Assembly: GCA_951406725.2 (NCBI GenBank)
Contig: OX597829.1
Span: 51,150,001-51,214,000 of the forward strand
Direction of reading: 5' to 3'
Source: Octopus vulgaris
Lineage: Eukaryota
Length of the DNA: 64,000 bases
Below are positions 11,408-24,044 of this stretch, piece after piece (the first letter of the stretch is position 1; each line of letters starts with the position of its first letter). A model generated the notes under the pieces. That model did not search any database. It was not told where the DNA came from and worked only from the letters and a program-made list of their open reading frames with translations. A program made the translations under genes and the position numbers.

Positions 11408-11715
11408 ATCATTCATTCATTGTTTGACCGTGGTCGAGACAATGGAATTTACTATGTTACGCCAGACTTCACAATCTATCACAGCATTACGGAGGTCCTG
11501 TTGCTGGATGCCTATATCCCTGGAGATTACATCAGGGTAGGAGAGTGTGCGCCCTCTGGTATCATGAGTAGATGGCTTCCAGAGGAGAAGAGTAGAAATT
11601 AACTCGTTTTCAGCTCTACAACAATGTCCAACAAACTGGACTCTCTTACCTTTCACAAGAGATGACACAGGTGGTAGTTTCCCATATGGGTTGGATGATG
11701 CTTGGTACCTTGGGT
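11408..11715 (-). mobile_element. LINE (RTE/RTE-X-like) 3' end inserted into the head of a SINE (SINE pieces 11343-11405 and 11708-12020)
   Basis: YGKLPPVSSLVKGKRVQFVGHCCRAENELISTLLLWKP...SYPDVISRD...WRNIV is a typical LINE ORF2 C-terminus; (atga)n tail. Confidence 0.7.
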
Positions 11716-12549
11716 GTTTTCTATTGCCTTGGCTCACCCACAGCCTTGTAAGTGGACTTGGTAGATGGAAACTGAATGAAGCCCATTGTATGTATGTGTG
11801 TATGTCTTTGAATCTGCATTTGTCACCCACCACTGCTTGACAATGGTGTTGGTGTGTTTATGTATCCATAAACTTAGTGGTTTAGCAAAAAATACTGATA
11901 GAATAAAATACCAGGCTTTAAAAAAAAAATTAAGTACCAGGGTCGATTCATTCAAGTGAAAATTCTTCAAGGTCACAGTCAAATTCCACATGACTGAAAT
12001 AAGTAAACTATAAAAGATAAGATAGAATGAAGTGATGGAAACAAAAATAAATGAGATGCAAACATCTCAAAGTGACATCATGTAGTAGAATTCATCTTCA
12101 TGATCAATCAATCAATATGAAAAATATACTGTCGTACGAGGAAAGTCTGTTTCTTATTTAAACCGTTCAGCATTCAGATTACTCTTACCAAATGTAATAT
12201 TCATTCATTCACATTGTTTTGAATTAATCATGTGTCATCTTGTAGCTTTGAGATTTTGATGATGCATTTGTTTGACATTGCAGGGTAGTTGTAAGAGGCC
12301 TGATCTGGTCAGTTTGAACACAAAACGTATAGAATATTTGGGCCTGGTATGGCTGGTTTGAATGCTAAAGCATTATGTATGTCAAAATATGATTTGTACT
12401 GTTCACCCTCTCTAATGGCTATTTTTAAAAAATGAAGGAAAGTTCCAACTGACAATTTATGTATTCAATGGGAAGTGAACCGAGACCGCATTGTTGAAGT
12501 CTCTATCAATGCATTAAGGGTACCCAAACTGATTCAGCTGTCATTTTAA

Positions 12550-12790
12550 CCTGTTTTGATACCAACCCACCCAAGTCTGTCCCTGGTCTTAATAGTACAA
12601 AATCCATGTTTTAAAATAATCAAAATATAAAGCTTTCGTTAAGATTTTATGTTAATTTATGCTAATTTATGTTAGTGACAACCAGCTTAAATAGTAGTAG
12701 TAGTGTTAGTTTACTAAATTCTTCATTAATTTCAAAATTAATTAAAGCAAAGGCAGTGCATATTTCAGCAGAAATATGGTAACAAAAGGG
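12550..12790. mobile_element. TTAA MITE family 2 (other copies ~16400-16600, 28743-28963, 29729-29948, 29970-30163)
   Basis: TTAA flanks; termini cccttttg(a/t)tacc and ggta(a/t)caaaaggg, piggyBac-like. Confidence 0.8.
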
Positions 12791-12884
12791 TTAATTTTGT
12801 AATTGAAAAAATTATATATTTTAAAAATCCACAGTCCACCATCATTTGGTGCTGCAATGCACAAATTGATTACTGACCTACAGA

Positions 12885-13340
12885 GTCTCTCTCTCTCTCC
12901 ATTCTCTCCTTTTTCTTTGTCTCCTCTCCCTATCTCTATTTTTCTCTCCTCTTTCTCCCTCTCTTTTCCTCTCCCTTCTTTCCTTCCTCTCTCTTTCTCT
13001 TTTCTCTCCTTTTTCTTTCTCTGTCTCCTCTCTTTCTCTTCTTTCGCTTCCCTTCTCTCTCCCTTCTCTCCTTTTTCTTTGTCTCCTCTCCCTATCTCTT
13101 TTTTTTCTCTCCCTCCCTCTCTTTTCCTCTCCCCTCTCTCCTTCTCTCTCTTTTCTCTCCTTTCTCTTTCTCTTTTATTTCTCTGTCTCTCCTCTCCCTC
13201 TCTTTCTCTCTTTCCATTTCCCCTCTCTCCATTTCTTTTTCTCCTACCTCTCTCCATCTCTTTCTCTCTCTTCTTTCCATTTCCCCCCCTCTCTCCATCT
13301 CTTTTTCTCCTACACACTCTCTCTCACCCTAACCCTCTCT
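12885..13340. repeat. ~450-bp polypyrimidine/polypurine tract with internal duplication
   Basis: CT-only sequence; the block ttctctcctttttctttgtctcctctccctatctct occurs twice. Confidence 0.9.
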
Positions 13341-13750
13341 TTTGTCAGGCCGATGACAATCAACTTCCCAAATTCCACATGAGCCACTTGAAAAAACAGA
13401 AGCAGTATCAGTCTAGCTGTTCACATTATAAACTTTTATATATTACAGCACTTATGTTAATTGGTATATTGATGTCATGTTAATGGTTATGTCAACATTA
13501 AAAAAAAAAAAAACAGCAAAAAAAACTTGTAAAGCCAAACAAAAAAAAAACAATAAACCAAAACAAAAATACATGAATTGGATAAGGAAAATATTAGTGT
13601 TGCTCATAGCTGCAAATTAAATGATAATAATAATGGTCTCCAAAAATGAACTTTAAACCAATATTTGTCCATTTCTGGTAGTATACCATATTCTCCAAAC
13701 TAAGTAGCATTATCCTATAGTTGAAATATGCCTCATAAATCCACCTCATA

Positions 13751-13787
<37 letters not shown>

Positions 13788-13838
13788 TGTATATATAGGT
13801 GTGTGTGTATACAATATGTATGTGTGAGTGCATATAAT

Positions 13839-14537
13839 GCTTGTTTTTATGTTCAGTTATAATAAAAGCATATTATTATATTTTGGGATGGTCGTTTTTT
13901 TATATTTTTTTCAACAAATAAACAACCCATACACTGTATAGTCATTCTTCACTTCAAATTTATTTTATTTAATGTTCTTATTTTATGTCATTTGTCTGGA
14001 AATCTTTCGTCACGTGTCCTGTGACCTTTTCAGCAACTCTCCCACATGTCTCCTCCCTGTTTTGTTTAAAATGGACTGAACAGAACAGGAGGAGACACAT
14101 GGGATGGAGAGCCATTGAAGAGGTCACAGGATGTGTGACAAAACAATTTCCAGACAAATGACATAAAATACAAACTAACAAAGCTAAAGTGAATAATGTA
14201 CATGTGTTTTATAGTGCATGTTTATTTGGCAAAAAAATATATATTTTTTTAATCCTTTAGTATTTAAACCGGCCATATCCGGCCAAAATAGCTAATCTGT
14301 TTTATGTTCAAACTGACCAGATCCAGGCTCTCACACCTACCCTACAATGTTATTCTACATTAAGTAATTACAACATCAAGATCTTGAAGATATGAGATAA
14401 TGCATGATTAATTCAAATCAATGGGAATCAATAGGCATTATGTTTGATAGAATAATCTGAACACGAAAGGGCTAATGACCATCCCAAAACATAACAATAT
14501 CTGTTTCAACACATAGTTTCACATCAAGAATCTTGCA
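13839..14537. repeat. Long inverted repeat (fold-back module A); MITE family 1 inserted in the right arm at 14253-14471
   Basis: Perfect 25-bp arms 13979-14003/14146-14170, continuous pairing to an apex near 14070, and outer arms ttttgggatggtc/gaccatcccaaaa. Confidence 0.9.
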
Positions 14538-14736
14538 TAAAAATATAATAAAAACAATTTTACATTAATCTGATGAGCTACTCAATACTTTTGTAGAGTA
14601 TAAATGTATTATTCTAAAACTAGAATATTGTTGACAGTGACTTCAACAGAGACAGTATAAAGCCAAGATTAATTTCAATGCATCACAGTCCAAGGGCTCG
14701 CCAAAATTTCAAAGTCACTCTCAATAATATTTTTGT

Positions 14737-14768
<32 letters not shown>

Positions 14769-14787
14769 TGGATAATAATAATAATTT

Positions 14788-15090
14788 GGATAATTCACCT
14801 TTGGAAACAGGTGGTTCGTTCAACATCCTTAAACAATCCTTATTCAGGGACCTTTTGAGCGAGATGGGCTACTCAACCAGAAGAAGATTCTAACTGGGCC
14901 CCACCTGCAAGGTCATGTGCTGTTGGTATGACATCACCATGCCGCGCGCATATGGTTGTGATGCATGTGCCTGATGTACCCTTATCAGACGGGTAGTCAT
15001 GATGAGTATACTGGGCTTCGTATATTTTACCCCAGTGTCACTTTGATGGCATGCACTGCTCTCTCACTCAAATTAATAATAATAATAATT
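14788..15090 (+). mobile_element. Non-LTR retroelement 3'-UTR with (TAA)n tail, embedded in (TAA)n (other copies ~27020-27512, 28290-28490, 40836-40875)
   Basis: Shared body ending gatggcatgcactgctctctcactcaa(taa)n, preceded by (taa)n in most copies. Confidence 0.7.
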
Positions 15091-15747
15091 ATTAAACAGG
15101 AAAGTGGAAATTTTTTTTGAGTTATTTATTCTCCATTACACATGTTTCATTTGCTAATGGAATCAGAAAGATTTGCATGTTTGGTGGACATGTAAGGAAT
15201 TTCTTATTAGAAAACTGTCAGACAGAGAAAAAATTTTATAATTCATAATCTATCTTAACTGGTCAAAATTTCAAAGTCATTGTCAATAACATTTTTAAGA
15301 ATAATAATATATATCATCATCATTTAACATCTGTTTTCCATGCTGGCATGGGTTGGACAGTTTGACTGAGGACTAGCAAGCCAGAGGCTGCACCAGGCTC
15401 CAATCTGATGTGGCAAGGTTTCTACAGCTGGATGCACTTCCTGACATCAACCCCTCTGAGAGTGTAGTGAGTGTTATTTACATGCCACCAGTCAGAGACA
15501 CTGGTATTAACCATGTTCAGATGGTGCTTTTTATGTCCCACCAGCATGGGAAACCAGTCAGGCAGAACTGGCATCGACAAGTTGGTCAAACAAGAAAACT
15601 TTAACCATATTTTTGTTGAGATACACTGTATTTCAATTAATTTTGAAAATAAGAGTTTAATGAAATAATTTCATCATTATTAAGATGGTTTATAGTAGAT
15701 AAAAATAACAAGTACAAATTATGTGTTATATTTTTTTAATTGGTCAT

Positions 15748-15965
15748 GGCGGCGAGCTGGCAGAAACGTTAGCACGCCGGGCGAAGTGTGTAGTCGTATT
15801 TCGTCTGCCGTTACGTTCTGAGTTCAAATTCCGCCGAGGTCGACTTTGCCTTTCATCCTTTCGAGGTCGATAAATAAAGTACTAGTTTCGCACTGGGGTC
15901 GATTTAATCGCTTTGTCTGTCCTTGTTTGTACCCTCTATGTTTAGCCCCTTGTGGGCAGTAAAGA
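15748..15965 (+). mobile_element. tRNA-derived SINE family 2 with MetaSINE-like central domain (other copies ~11085-11300 -, 25162-25355 +, 27515-27715 -, 27733-27965 +, 28022-28235 -, 40612-40822 -, 40888-41098 -, 42510-42715 -)
   Basis: Head ggcggcgagctggcagaa; B-box-like gagttcaaattcc; central gactttgcctttcatcctttcgaggtcgataaataaagtac. Confidence 0.8.
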
Positions 15966-16012
15966 TATATATATTTTTTTAATTGTATTTTAGTAATTCT
16001 TTTATAATCATA

Positions 16013-16397
16013 CTAGCAGTATCGCTCGGGTTTGTAAGGGAAATAACTATATAAGCATTTTTAGAGTTATAGCCAAAAAATAGCAAAAAAATGCATTCAA
16101 AATGGGGAAAAAATGATGGTAAATTTTTTTTTAAATCGTTGACTCATCGTAGACATTTTTAGAGAGTTACTTCCCTTATATAATAGCGAAAAATTCATTA
16201 AAATGGGAAAAAATGATGGTAAATTTTTTTTTAAATCGTAGACTCATCGTAGACGCGCGCTAATACCCAGAAGGGCTCGATATAAAACACGACTAGAAGA
16301 TACCCGGTTTTGGTTAAACTGCACCGCAAAATGTGGGAGTAGTTAGGAATCTAAATCGTAGGAGACAGACACACAACTTGACTTTTATATATAAAGA
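16013..16397 (-). mobile_element. Non-autonomous Helitron
   Basis: Minus strand starts A|TCtttatatataaaag and ends CTAG|T; near-identical to 45780-46176. Confidence 0.8.
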
Positions 16398-17259
16398 TTT
16401 TTCTTCAAATACATTGCCATTGGTTCAATCAAATTTTGAAAATAATGAAGAATTTAGTAAAATAATTTTGTCATTATTAAGACGAGATTTGGAACTTAAA
16501 TTAAACTGAAATTTTGAAGTAAGGTTTTAATTTAAATATTTAAAAGCAGGAAGTTTGTATTATAGACTCAGGGGTGGTCTCTGATTGGTTGGTATCAAAA
16601 ATCTAAACTGGTAGGGTTTGGCCTGATAGTGATTGTGCCACCGTTTCTAATAGATTGGACGACTACACAAGGTTATGTCTTTGGTTTGTTCTAAGGTTGA
16701 AATGATGAAGACCCTGAGTTTCTGATAGGAAAAAAATAATGAATAAAAACAAGTTTACCCCCATGGGATCTAACTACAGATAAATGAAAGCCTGAAGGGA
16801 AATTGTCATATAATGATGGTTGGAATCTGATACAGACGAAGGATACACAGAAATATCATGCAGAACATTGCAGAGCTCAAATCTTGCCAAATATGCACCA
16901 GTTACTGTATTTAATTGACTAAAATATAATCTTTTATGCAGAATTTGGCCTTGTTTCAAAACAATTTCTCAAGTGAGAAATCAGACTCCACAGTCATAAA
17001 CAATTAGTTGAAGTATTAAATTAGTTTCTTAGCTTTGTTTACATTATCGCTACAGATGCTAAACCCCCACCAACTCTGACAGTCTCTTCTAAGAATTGCA
17101 CATCCTCAACATGGCAAAGACTTCAGAACTGGAAAATACTTTTAAATCTCCTGCAACAATAACAATAATTCTTTACTAAAATTCAGATGAAACTCACAAT
17201 GGTGTACTTGCTCTTACACATGGGATAGAGTTACTACTATTTATTTATCTGAACAGCTA

Positions 17260-17565
17260 TTTACTGTCTTTCTATCTGTTTCTCTTGATATATATGTTTG
17301 TCTGTCAACCTGTCTGTCTTTCTATTCCTCTTTGTTGATCTGTCTCTCTTTATCTTTATGTCTGTTTGTCTATCTGTCTGAGTATCTATCTCTGTTTCTA
17401 TTTGTCTATCTGTCCATCTGCCTATCTATCTGTTTGTTTATCTGTCACCCAGTATGTCTCTCAATCTGGCTATCTGTCTTTCTATTCATCTGCCTATCAG
17501 CTTGTCTGTCTGTCTGTCTGTTTCTGTTGATCTATCTGTTTAATCAGTATAACTGTTTATTTGTC
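17260..17565. repeat. Degenerate (TCTG/TCTA)n tetranucleotide repeat
   Basis: Visible directly in the sequence. Confidence 0.85.
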
Positions 17566-17571
17566 TGTGTA

Positions 17572-18427
17572 CAAAGAGGCACTCAAAAGTAACCAGAAAC
17601 GTTCACAGTGAGACAAGCCCATTGTAATTCAGGTTTCCACTGCTAGGAGCCACTTGATGCGACCCTCAGGCATCAGTCTGCCAATCAGTGGTGTCAGATG
17701 GAGTGCTTCTCCTCTGTTCATCAATTTTCGCAATAGCTGAAACGAAGGAACAGCATGCTTCCATGAAATTCTGTGTTCTGCTGGGGAAAACAGTGGCTGA
17801 AACAGTTGTCATGCTTCAAACCACTTACAAGGACACTGCCATAAGCAAAACACAAGTTTACGAGTGGTTTCCATTCTTTAGGAATGGTCACTTGTTGCTT
17901 CAAAACCAACTTCGTTCAGGGCCACCATCAACCTCCCAAATGAATGAAAACATCCCAAAATTTCATGAACTGATTTTGGAGGACCTTCACCGAACAATTG
18001 ACAAACTTGTTGATATGATTGGGGTGTTCTGGATCTCCTGTCAACAATTTTTGAGCAAGGAATTGTGAATGAAAAGAGTCTCAACAAAATTTGTGCCTCG
18101 TTTGCTCACAGAAAATCAAAAGCACTCATGACTTAATGCATGTTGTGAACTGAAAGAACAGTTGGAAGTTGATCCAAACCATTTTTCAAAGGTCATCACT
18201 GGTGACAAAAGCTGGTGCTATGGAATTTGCTGATGTAGAAGAGGTGAAGAAAAAAGCAGCAAAGACATTAAAAGACATCACTTCGCAAGAGTTCCAGAAC
18301 TGCTTCAAACAGTGGAAAATGCACCTGGACCAATGCCTTGCTTCAAATGGAGAATACTTGGAAGGCGATAAAAATGTAAACATAGAATAAAATTACAAAA
18401 TTCTGGTTTCTTTTGGGTACCACCTTG
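17572..18427 (+). mobile_element. Internally deleted mariner transposon (pseudogenised transposase)
   Basis: EQHASMKFCVLLGKTVAETVVML...VYEWF HTH region, KFVPRLL, VITGDKSWCY, C-terminal QWKMHLDQCLASNGEYLEG. Diverged TIRs caaaagtaaccagaa/ttctggtttcttttg; TA at the left end. Confidence 0.9.
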
Positions 18428-19539
18428 TGTCTCTTACTCTCTCTCTCTCTTTCTATCTATTTCTGTGTCTGTCTCCCTATCAGCAGAGAAAACATTGTCT
18501 AATTCTCTTAAAAACTTACAACTGATAAATAATAGAACATCCTAAACTGCATTAAAAGGAAAAACAAGAGAAGCACCTAATTACTAACATTCCCCAGGCC
18601 TTGTCACCTCTTGTCTTTTCTACTACAATTACTGTTCAGTGGCCTCTGCTCCTGAAAGTTGTCTGACTTCATGCCAGCTCTTCCCTGACATTCATTGTCT
18701 ACTTATCTCTCCTCTTCTTGCCAAGCCATGTTTTTTTTTCCACTAGTTTCTCCCCCCTCCACACACATCACCATCTCCACTCATGGTTATTGCACCACCC
18801 ATTTCATCTTTTAGCTTTTACTTGTTTCAGTCTTTGGACTGTGGCCATGCTGGGGCACCATGTTGGAGGGTTTAGTCAAACAAAACCCTAATACATATTT
18901 CTTTTTAAACTTTGTGTTTACTTTGTTAGTCTCTTTTGCCTAATCACTAAGTTATGTGAATGTAAACAAACTGACACCAGTTGTCAAGCAGTGGTGGAAG
19001 ATAAACACGGAGTGTACTGGGTACTTTTTATGTGGCACCAGCATCGGTGGGGTTGCCAAGTAATTTGCAATACAGGAAAGAACAAGAAAAGGGGAAAAGG
19101 CTCTCTTGACTAAGTGGTATCAGTGGTGGTGGGTAGGGGGTATTCAAGGGGGAGGGGAGGAGATTTTTTAATGCAAGGGATAAGCAGGTGCCCAGTATGA
19201 TTAATATTTCTTTTGGAAATGCCCTCTTATTCAATGGGGGCAAAATCCATCAACTAAACTAATTTTTTTAAAAAGCGATACATACAATCCATGAAAGCAC
19301 TTACATATTTTTTTGTTGTGTTTTTATGTGATTTTTTTCTTTTTTTGACATTTTTGTGTAACAAGTCTAAGAATGGAGATTTGAGTATTTGTATTTCTGT
19401 TAATTGAAACAAACAATCCAGCATAGATTTATTCTAATAATAAATATGTCCTTTTTCACCTTATACACTCACACTTCATCCATCTTACATGTCCTGTCTG
19501 ATGGCTATAAAAACTATCTGAGTTATATATAACCTGGAA

Positions 19540-19975
19540 ACATGTCACACAATATCATCATAATCCATACCACAGCTATCAACCACCCTAAGACACATTA
19601 GATTTATAATTCTATAATCTATTCCATTACATATATCTGTAACCTAAGCTTCAGTTATCCACTATGCCGATTTACTATGACATATTATCTATAATCTCTC
19701 TCAATTATACATGGAGCCCTTTCTTATGACATATCAGACCTATAACCTTCACATCAGTCTACCACTATGATCTCTCTGACACGTTATACCTAAAGTCATA
19801 TACTATAACCATCTCATACATTATTACCATCTCCTGTGATACATCATATCTATTACCAACTCTTCATTTATCTACTATGACCATCTCTATGACACCTCAT
19901 ATCTATAACATACTTCAGTAGTCATTCCACTATAACTCTCTCCTATGATACATCATATCTATAACATCATGCATA
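19540..19975. repeat. Degenerate minisatellite, ~50-57 bp unit
   Basis: Recurring acatcatatctataac...ccactatga...ctatgac motifs. Confidence 0.65.
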
Positions 19976-20841
19976 ACCATTCCATGGCACTTTGTCATTC
20001 AATTCTTTATTCCTTACCATAACATCCATTGACAACCAAGTTCAGTAGTCTCCTTTACTCTAGTGTATTACCTAATATTACCTTTCAGCACTTATTTCGT
20101 CCATTCCTCCTTATCTACTTCAACCGATTCCATTGTTGAATCACGCAAAGTCACACTGATCAATAAAGTATAAAATTAACCGTTTCTGGGGTTTTTCTTT
20201 CTTTCTTTCTTTCTTTCTTTCTTTTTTTTTGTGAGAAGCTAATGGTTTAAGAAAAAGAAGAAAGAAAAAAAAACGAAAAAGAGAGCTAAAGGTTTCATTG
20301 TCTCCTCTGGCTGTAACACTGATTTATTCCATTGCTTAAAAGCATTTTATTCAAACAAAAATAGGTCAGAACTACAGCCACTACAAAGTTGGTTGGTGTG
20401 TCTTGCAAATGATTATAATCATTTTCCAAAGACTTCCCCACTTATTTGTGCATTTCTTTGCTCTTAAACACACACAAACACACACATGAATATAAAAATC
20501 CATGTCTTTTATTATTATTATTATTAATATTATTATTTTCTGTGTTAGATATTAAGTGAGTTATATACCTCTTATCATAATCACCCATTGTCATATTAAT
20601 TGTGGGATTGCTTGGTATCTCATTGATGTTTTTCTGGTTTATATATATTTTTCTCTGTTTGTTTTTGTATTCTTTGCTTTGCCGTACTCTACTAGGCATA
20701 TATCAATGTCATATCAATATATGGCAATTTTCTTTCCTTCTTTTTCTTTCATACATGTCATAAACCGTTATAGTTCAGTGCATACATGATTGATTTTTCT
20801 ACACAATTTGTAGCAACATTTATTTTGTTTCATTTTACATT

Positions 20842-20880
<39 letters not shown>

Positions 20881-23099
20881 GTCCGTGCTGGTGGCACATA
20901 AAAAGCACCAACCAATCGTAGCCGCTGCCAGCCTCCTCTGGCCCCTGTGCCGGTGGCATGTAAAAAGCACCCACTATACTCAGGGAGTGGTTGGCATTAG
21001 GAAGGGCATCCAGCTGTAGAAACACTGCCAGATCAGATGGGACCCTGGTGCAGCCTCCTGGCTTTCCAGATGCCAATTGAACCGTCCAACCCATGCTAGC
21101 ATGGAAAATGGACGTTAAACGAGGATGATGATGATGATGTGTGTGTGTGTATGTATGTATATTCCTAATATACCTTCACAATGAAAATCCTGCTTCACTG
21201 GAACCATCATCATCATCATCATCATTTCCACAATCACTACTGTAACCACCACCACCACCCCTACACTACCTGCTGACATCATTGGCACTGTCATACATGA
21301 CCACCACCACATCATTGTCATCGGCATCATCATCACCACAACCACTACCATCATTATTGCCATTACCATTGTCTTCCTTCTTGTTGTCATTGTTACCTTC
21401 TCAGTTAAAATGCCAAAAATAGCTTCTGCTTGAATTGGCATGAGATTTAGCCATATTGACTATCCAAGGAAAACTCTGCCATTAAGGACTTTGTCTGGAG
21501 TAAGTCTACGTAATGTATGGCATGATGGACACGAAACTCATTAAGGTTAGCTTTAATGAGATGTCCAAAACTCCGGCTCCACAGCTCTGCGTTTTAATCC
21601 TTTAACATTGAAATTGGTCATATCCAGTCCAAACATTCAACTTATCTTATATTCAAATTGGCTACATCCAACCTCTCACACCTATCCTACAATGCCATTT
21701 CTAAAACTAACCAATCACCACAGTGGAATCTCAAAGCTCTGAGATAATGAATAATTAATTGACAATAAAGTGAATAGATAACTATTGCATTTGATAGAGT
21801 AATCTGAATGCTAACGAGTTAATGTTTGATGTTAAATGAGTTACTGAGAGCCCAGAAAATTCTTCAAATTTGGATCAGTCAATTGTAACTTTGTTTTCTT
21901 TTTTATCAATTTCAAAGATCAAAATATTTGTTTGCATATGTACATCTTCCCAAAATTCCAGGTGTGTTTTCTTGTTGTTGAAATTCTATCCTTCTATTAT
22001 TGGTTTTAACCAGAGGCTGTGGTCATGCGGAGGCACCACCATTATTAGCATTAATGCTTGCTTATTTTAGACTGTCTCCTCGGTATATTTTAAATTCAGT
22101 TCCTGTCTTTGGAATTGGTGGTCCTTATCATCATCCTTTAACAGCCGTTTTTCCATGTTGGCATGGGTTGGACGGTTTGACTGGAGCTTCCAAGCTGGAG
22201 AGTTGCACCAGGTTCCAGTCTGATTTAGCATGGTTTCTACAACTGGATGCCCTTTCTAATACCAACCATTTTACAGTGTGTGATGGGTGCTTTTAACATG
22301 GTGCTGCTTAGTAAATTGGACTGAGCTGCCCTTTTTTTTTACATTTCTTACCCTAATGTATGTTCATTTGATATATTAGATGAAAATTGAATTGTTCTTT
22401 GAATACATACATACCTACACCTCATAGATCTCTAATAGATTTTAAAAATTAATTGTTATTCATAACAATAATTTGAACTGAAGAAAGTGCAATGAATTTC
22501 ATTTTAAAAAGCTGAATTTGTTTACAAATCTATAAGTTCCATTTGTACATCACTTGGCATTTTTAATATTTTTTTGTTCACAAAGTAAAAACAGGTTTAT
22601 AAACACATGTATGCAGCTTTCTTCCTTAGTACAATCATGAAAACTGCTTTCAAATTACTTTTGTATTAAGCCAGTGTATTTTATAATATATTTTGTAAAA
22701 ATTTACACAATCCCCTGCAATTTTTAATTTTGCTCTTGTTTTAAATATAGAAATGATTTTGAAAATTAATTTTCTAACTGATGGATAAACGGTTTTAATT
22801 TCATCTTGAATGTCTTGATATTTACTTAACAAGGAAAGTGCCTTGCAGTGTCAAGCTTAAATCATTGTGATGGCTGGTTACATCAACTAAAAATGCAAAA
22901 TCATGTAACCAAACATCATATAAAAAGGTTCTTTCCTCTGGCAGCTCATATTTCTCTTCTAAAAAATCAGGAACAATGTTTTCTCATTTCCAAGATCTAC
23001 TCAAAACCAATCCTTGAAAGCCAGTGCACTTAGCAACGCAAGACAAGTCAATAATATTCCAAATTGAACAATATTCTCTAAGTTCTCATCTGTTTTGTG

Positions 23100-24044
23100 C
23101 ACATTCTAGCATTCACATTATTCTGTCAAAATGTAATGCTTATTTCTTCACGTTGTTTTAAATTAATCTTGCATTATCATGTAGCTGTGAAGATGCATGG
23201 CTTAGTAATAAGAGCATCATGAGATAGTGAGTTCAATTCCCAGACGAGGCTGTGTGTTGTGTTCTTGAGCAAGACACTTTATTTTCATGTTGTTCTAGTT
23301 CACTCAGCTGTAGAAATGGGTTGCGATGTCACTGGTGCCAAGCTGTATCGCCCCCCCCCCTTGCCTTTCCCTTGGATAACATTGGTAGTGTGGAGAAGAG
23401 AGGTCTGGTATGCATGGACAATTGCTGGTCTTCCATAGACAACCTTGCCCTTGTGCCTTAGAGATAAACTTTCTAGATGCAATCCCATGGTCATTCATGA
23501 CCAAAGAAGGTCTTTACACTTTACCCTATATACATATAATGGCTGGTATGCAAGGGTGACTGCTGATCTTCCATAAACAACTTTGCTTGGACTTGTGCTT
23601 TAGAGGGGAACTTTCTAGGTGCAATCCTACGGTCATTCATGACCAAAGGGGGTCTTTACCCCTTACTGTTTATCTTGTGACTATGGGATTTTGATGATGT
23701 AATTGTTCATTTTTTAGAACAACATTGTTGGGTAGGTGTGAAAAATCAGATCTGGCCTGTTTGAACTTAAAACAAGTAGAACATTTTGGCCAGACATGGT
23801 CAGTTTAAATGTTAACCCTTTAGTGTTCAGATAATTCAATCAAACATAATGCCCATTGATTTCCATTGATTTGAATTAATCATGCATTATCTCATATCTT
23901 CAAGATCTTGATGGTGTAATTACTTAATGTAGAATAATATTGTAGGGTAGGTGTGAGAGCCTGGATCTGGTCAGTTTGAACATAAAACAGATTAACTATT
24001 TTGGCCGGATATGGCCGGTTTAAATACTAAAGGGTTAAAGGGTT
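23100..24044. mobile_element. Nested cluster: MITE family 1 interrupted by a SINE (~23190-23670), with a young MITE family 1 copy (23816-24034) inserted in its terminus
   Basis: aatgTTAA[ccc...ggg]TTAAagggttaa; the young copy is nearly identical to 14253-14471 and 62354-62572. Confidence 0.75.

Noticed and set aside
12742-13483. Long E/R/K-rich and F/L/S-rich ORFs
   Set aside because: The CT tract lacks stop codons by composition.
17056-17165. Possible phase-1 exon after ctacAG (DAKPPPTLTVSS...)
   Set aside because: Weak acceptor, no donor before the stop, no recognisable homology.
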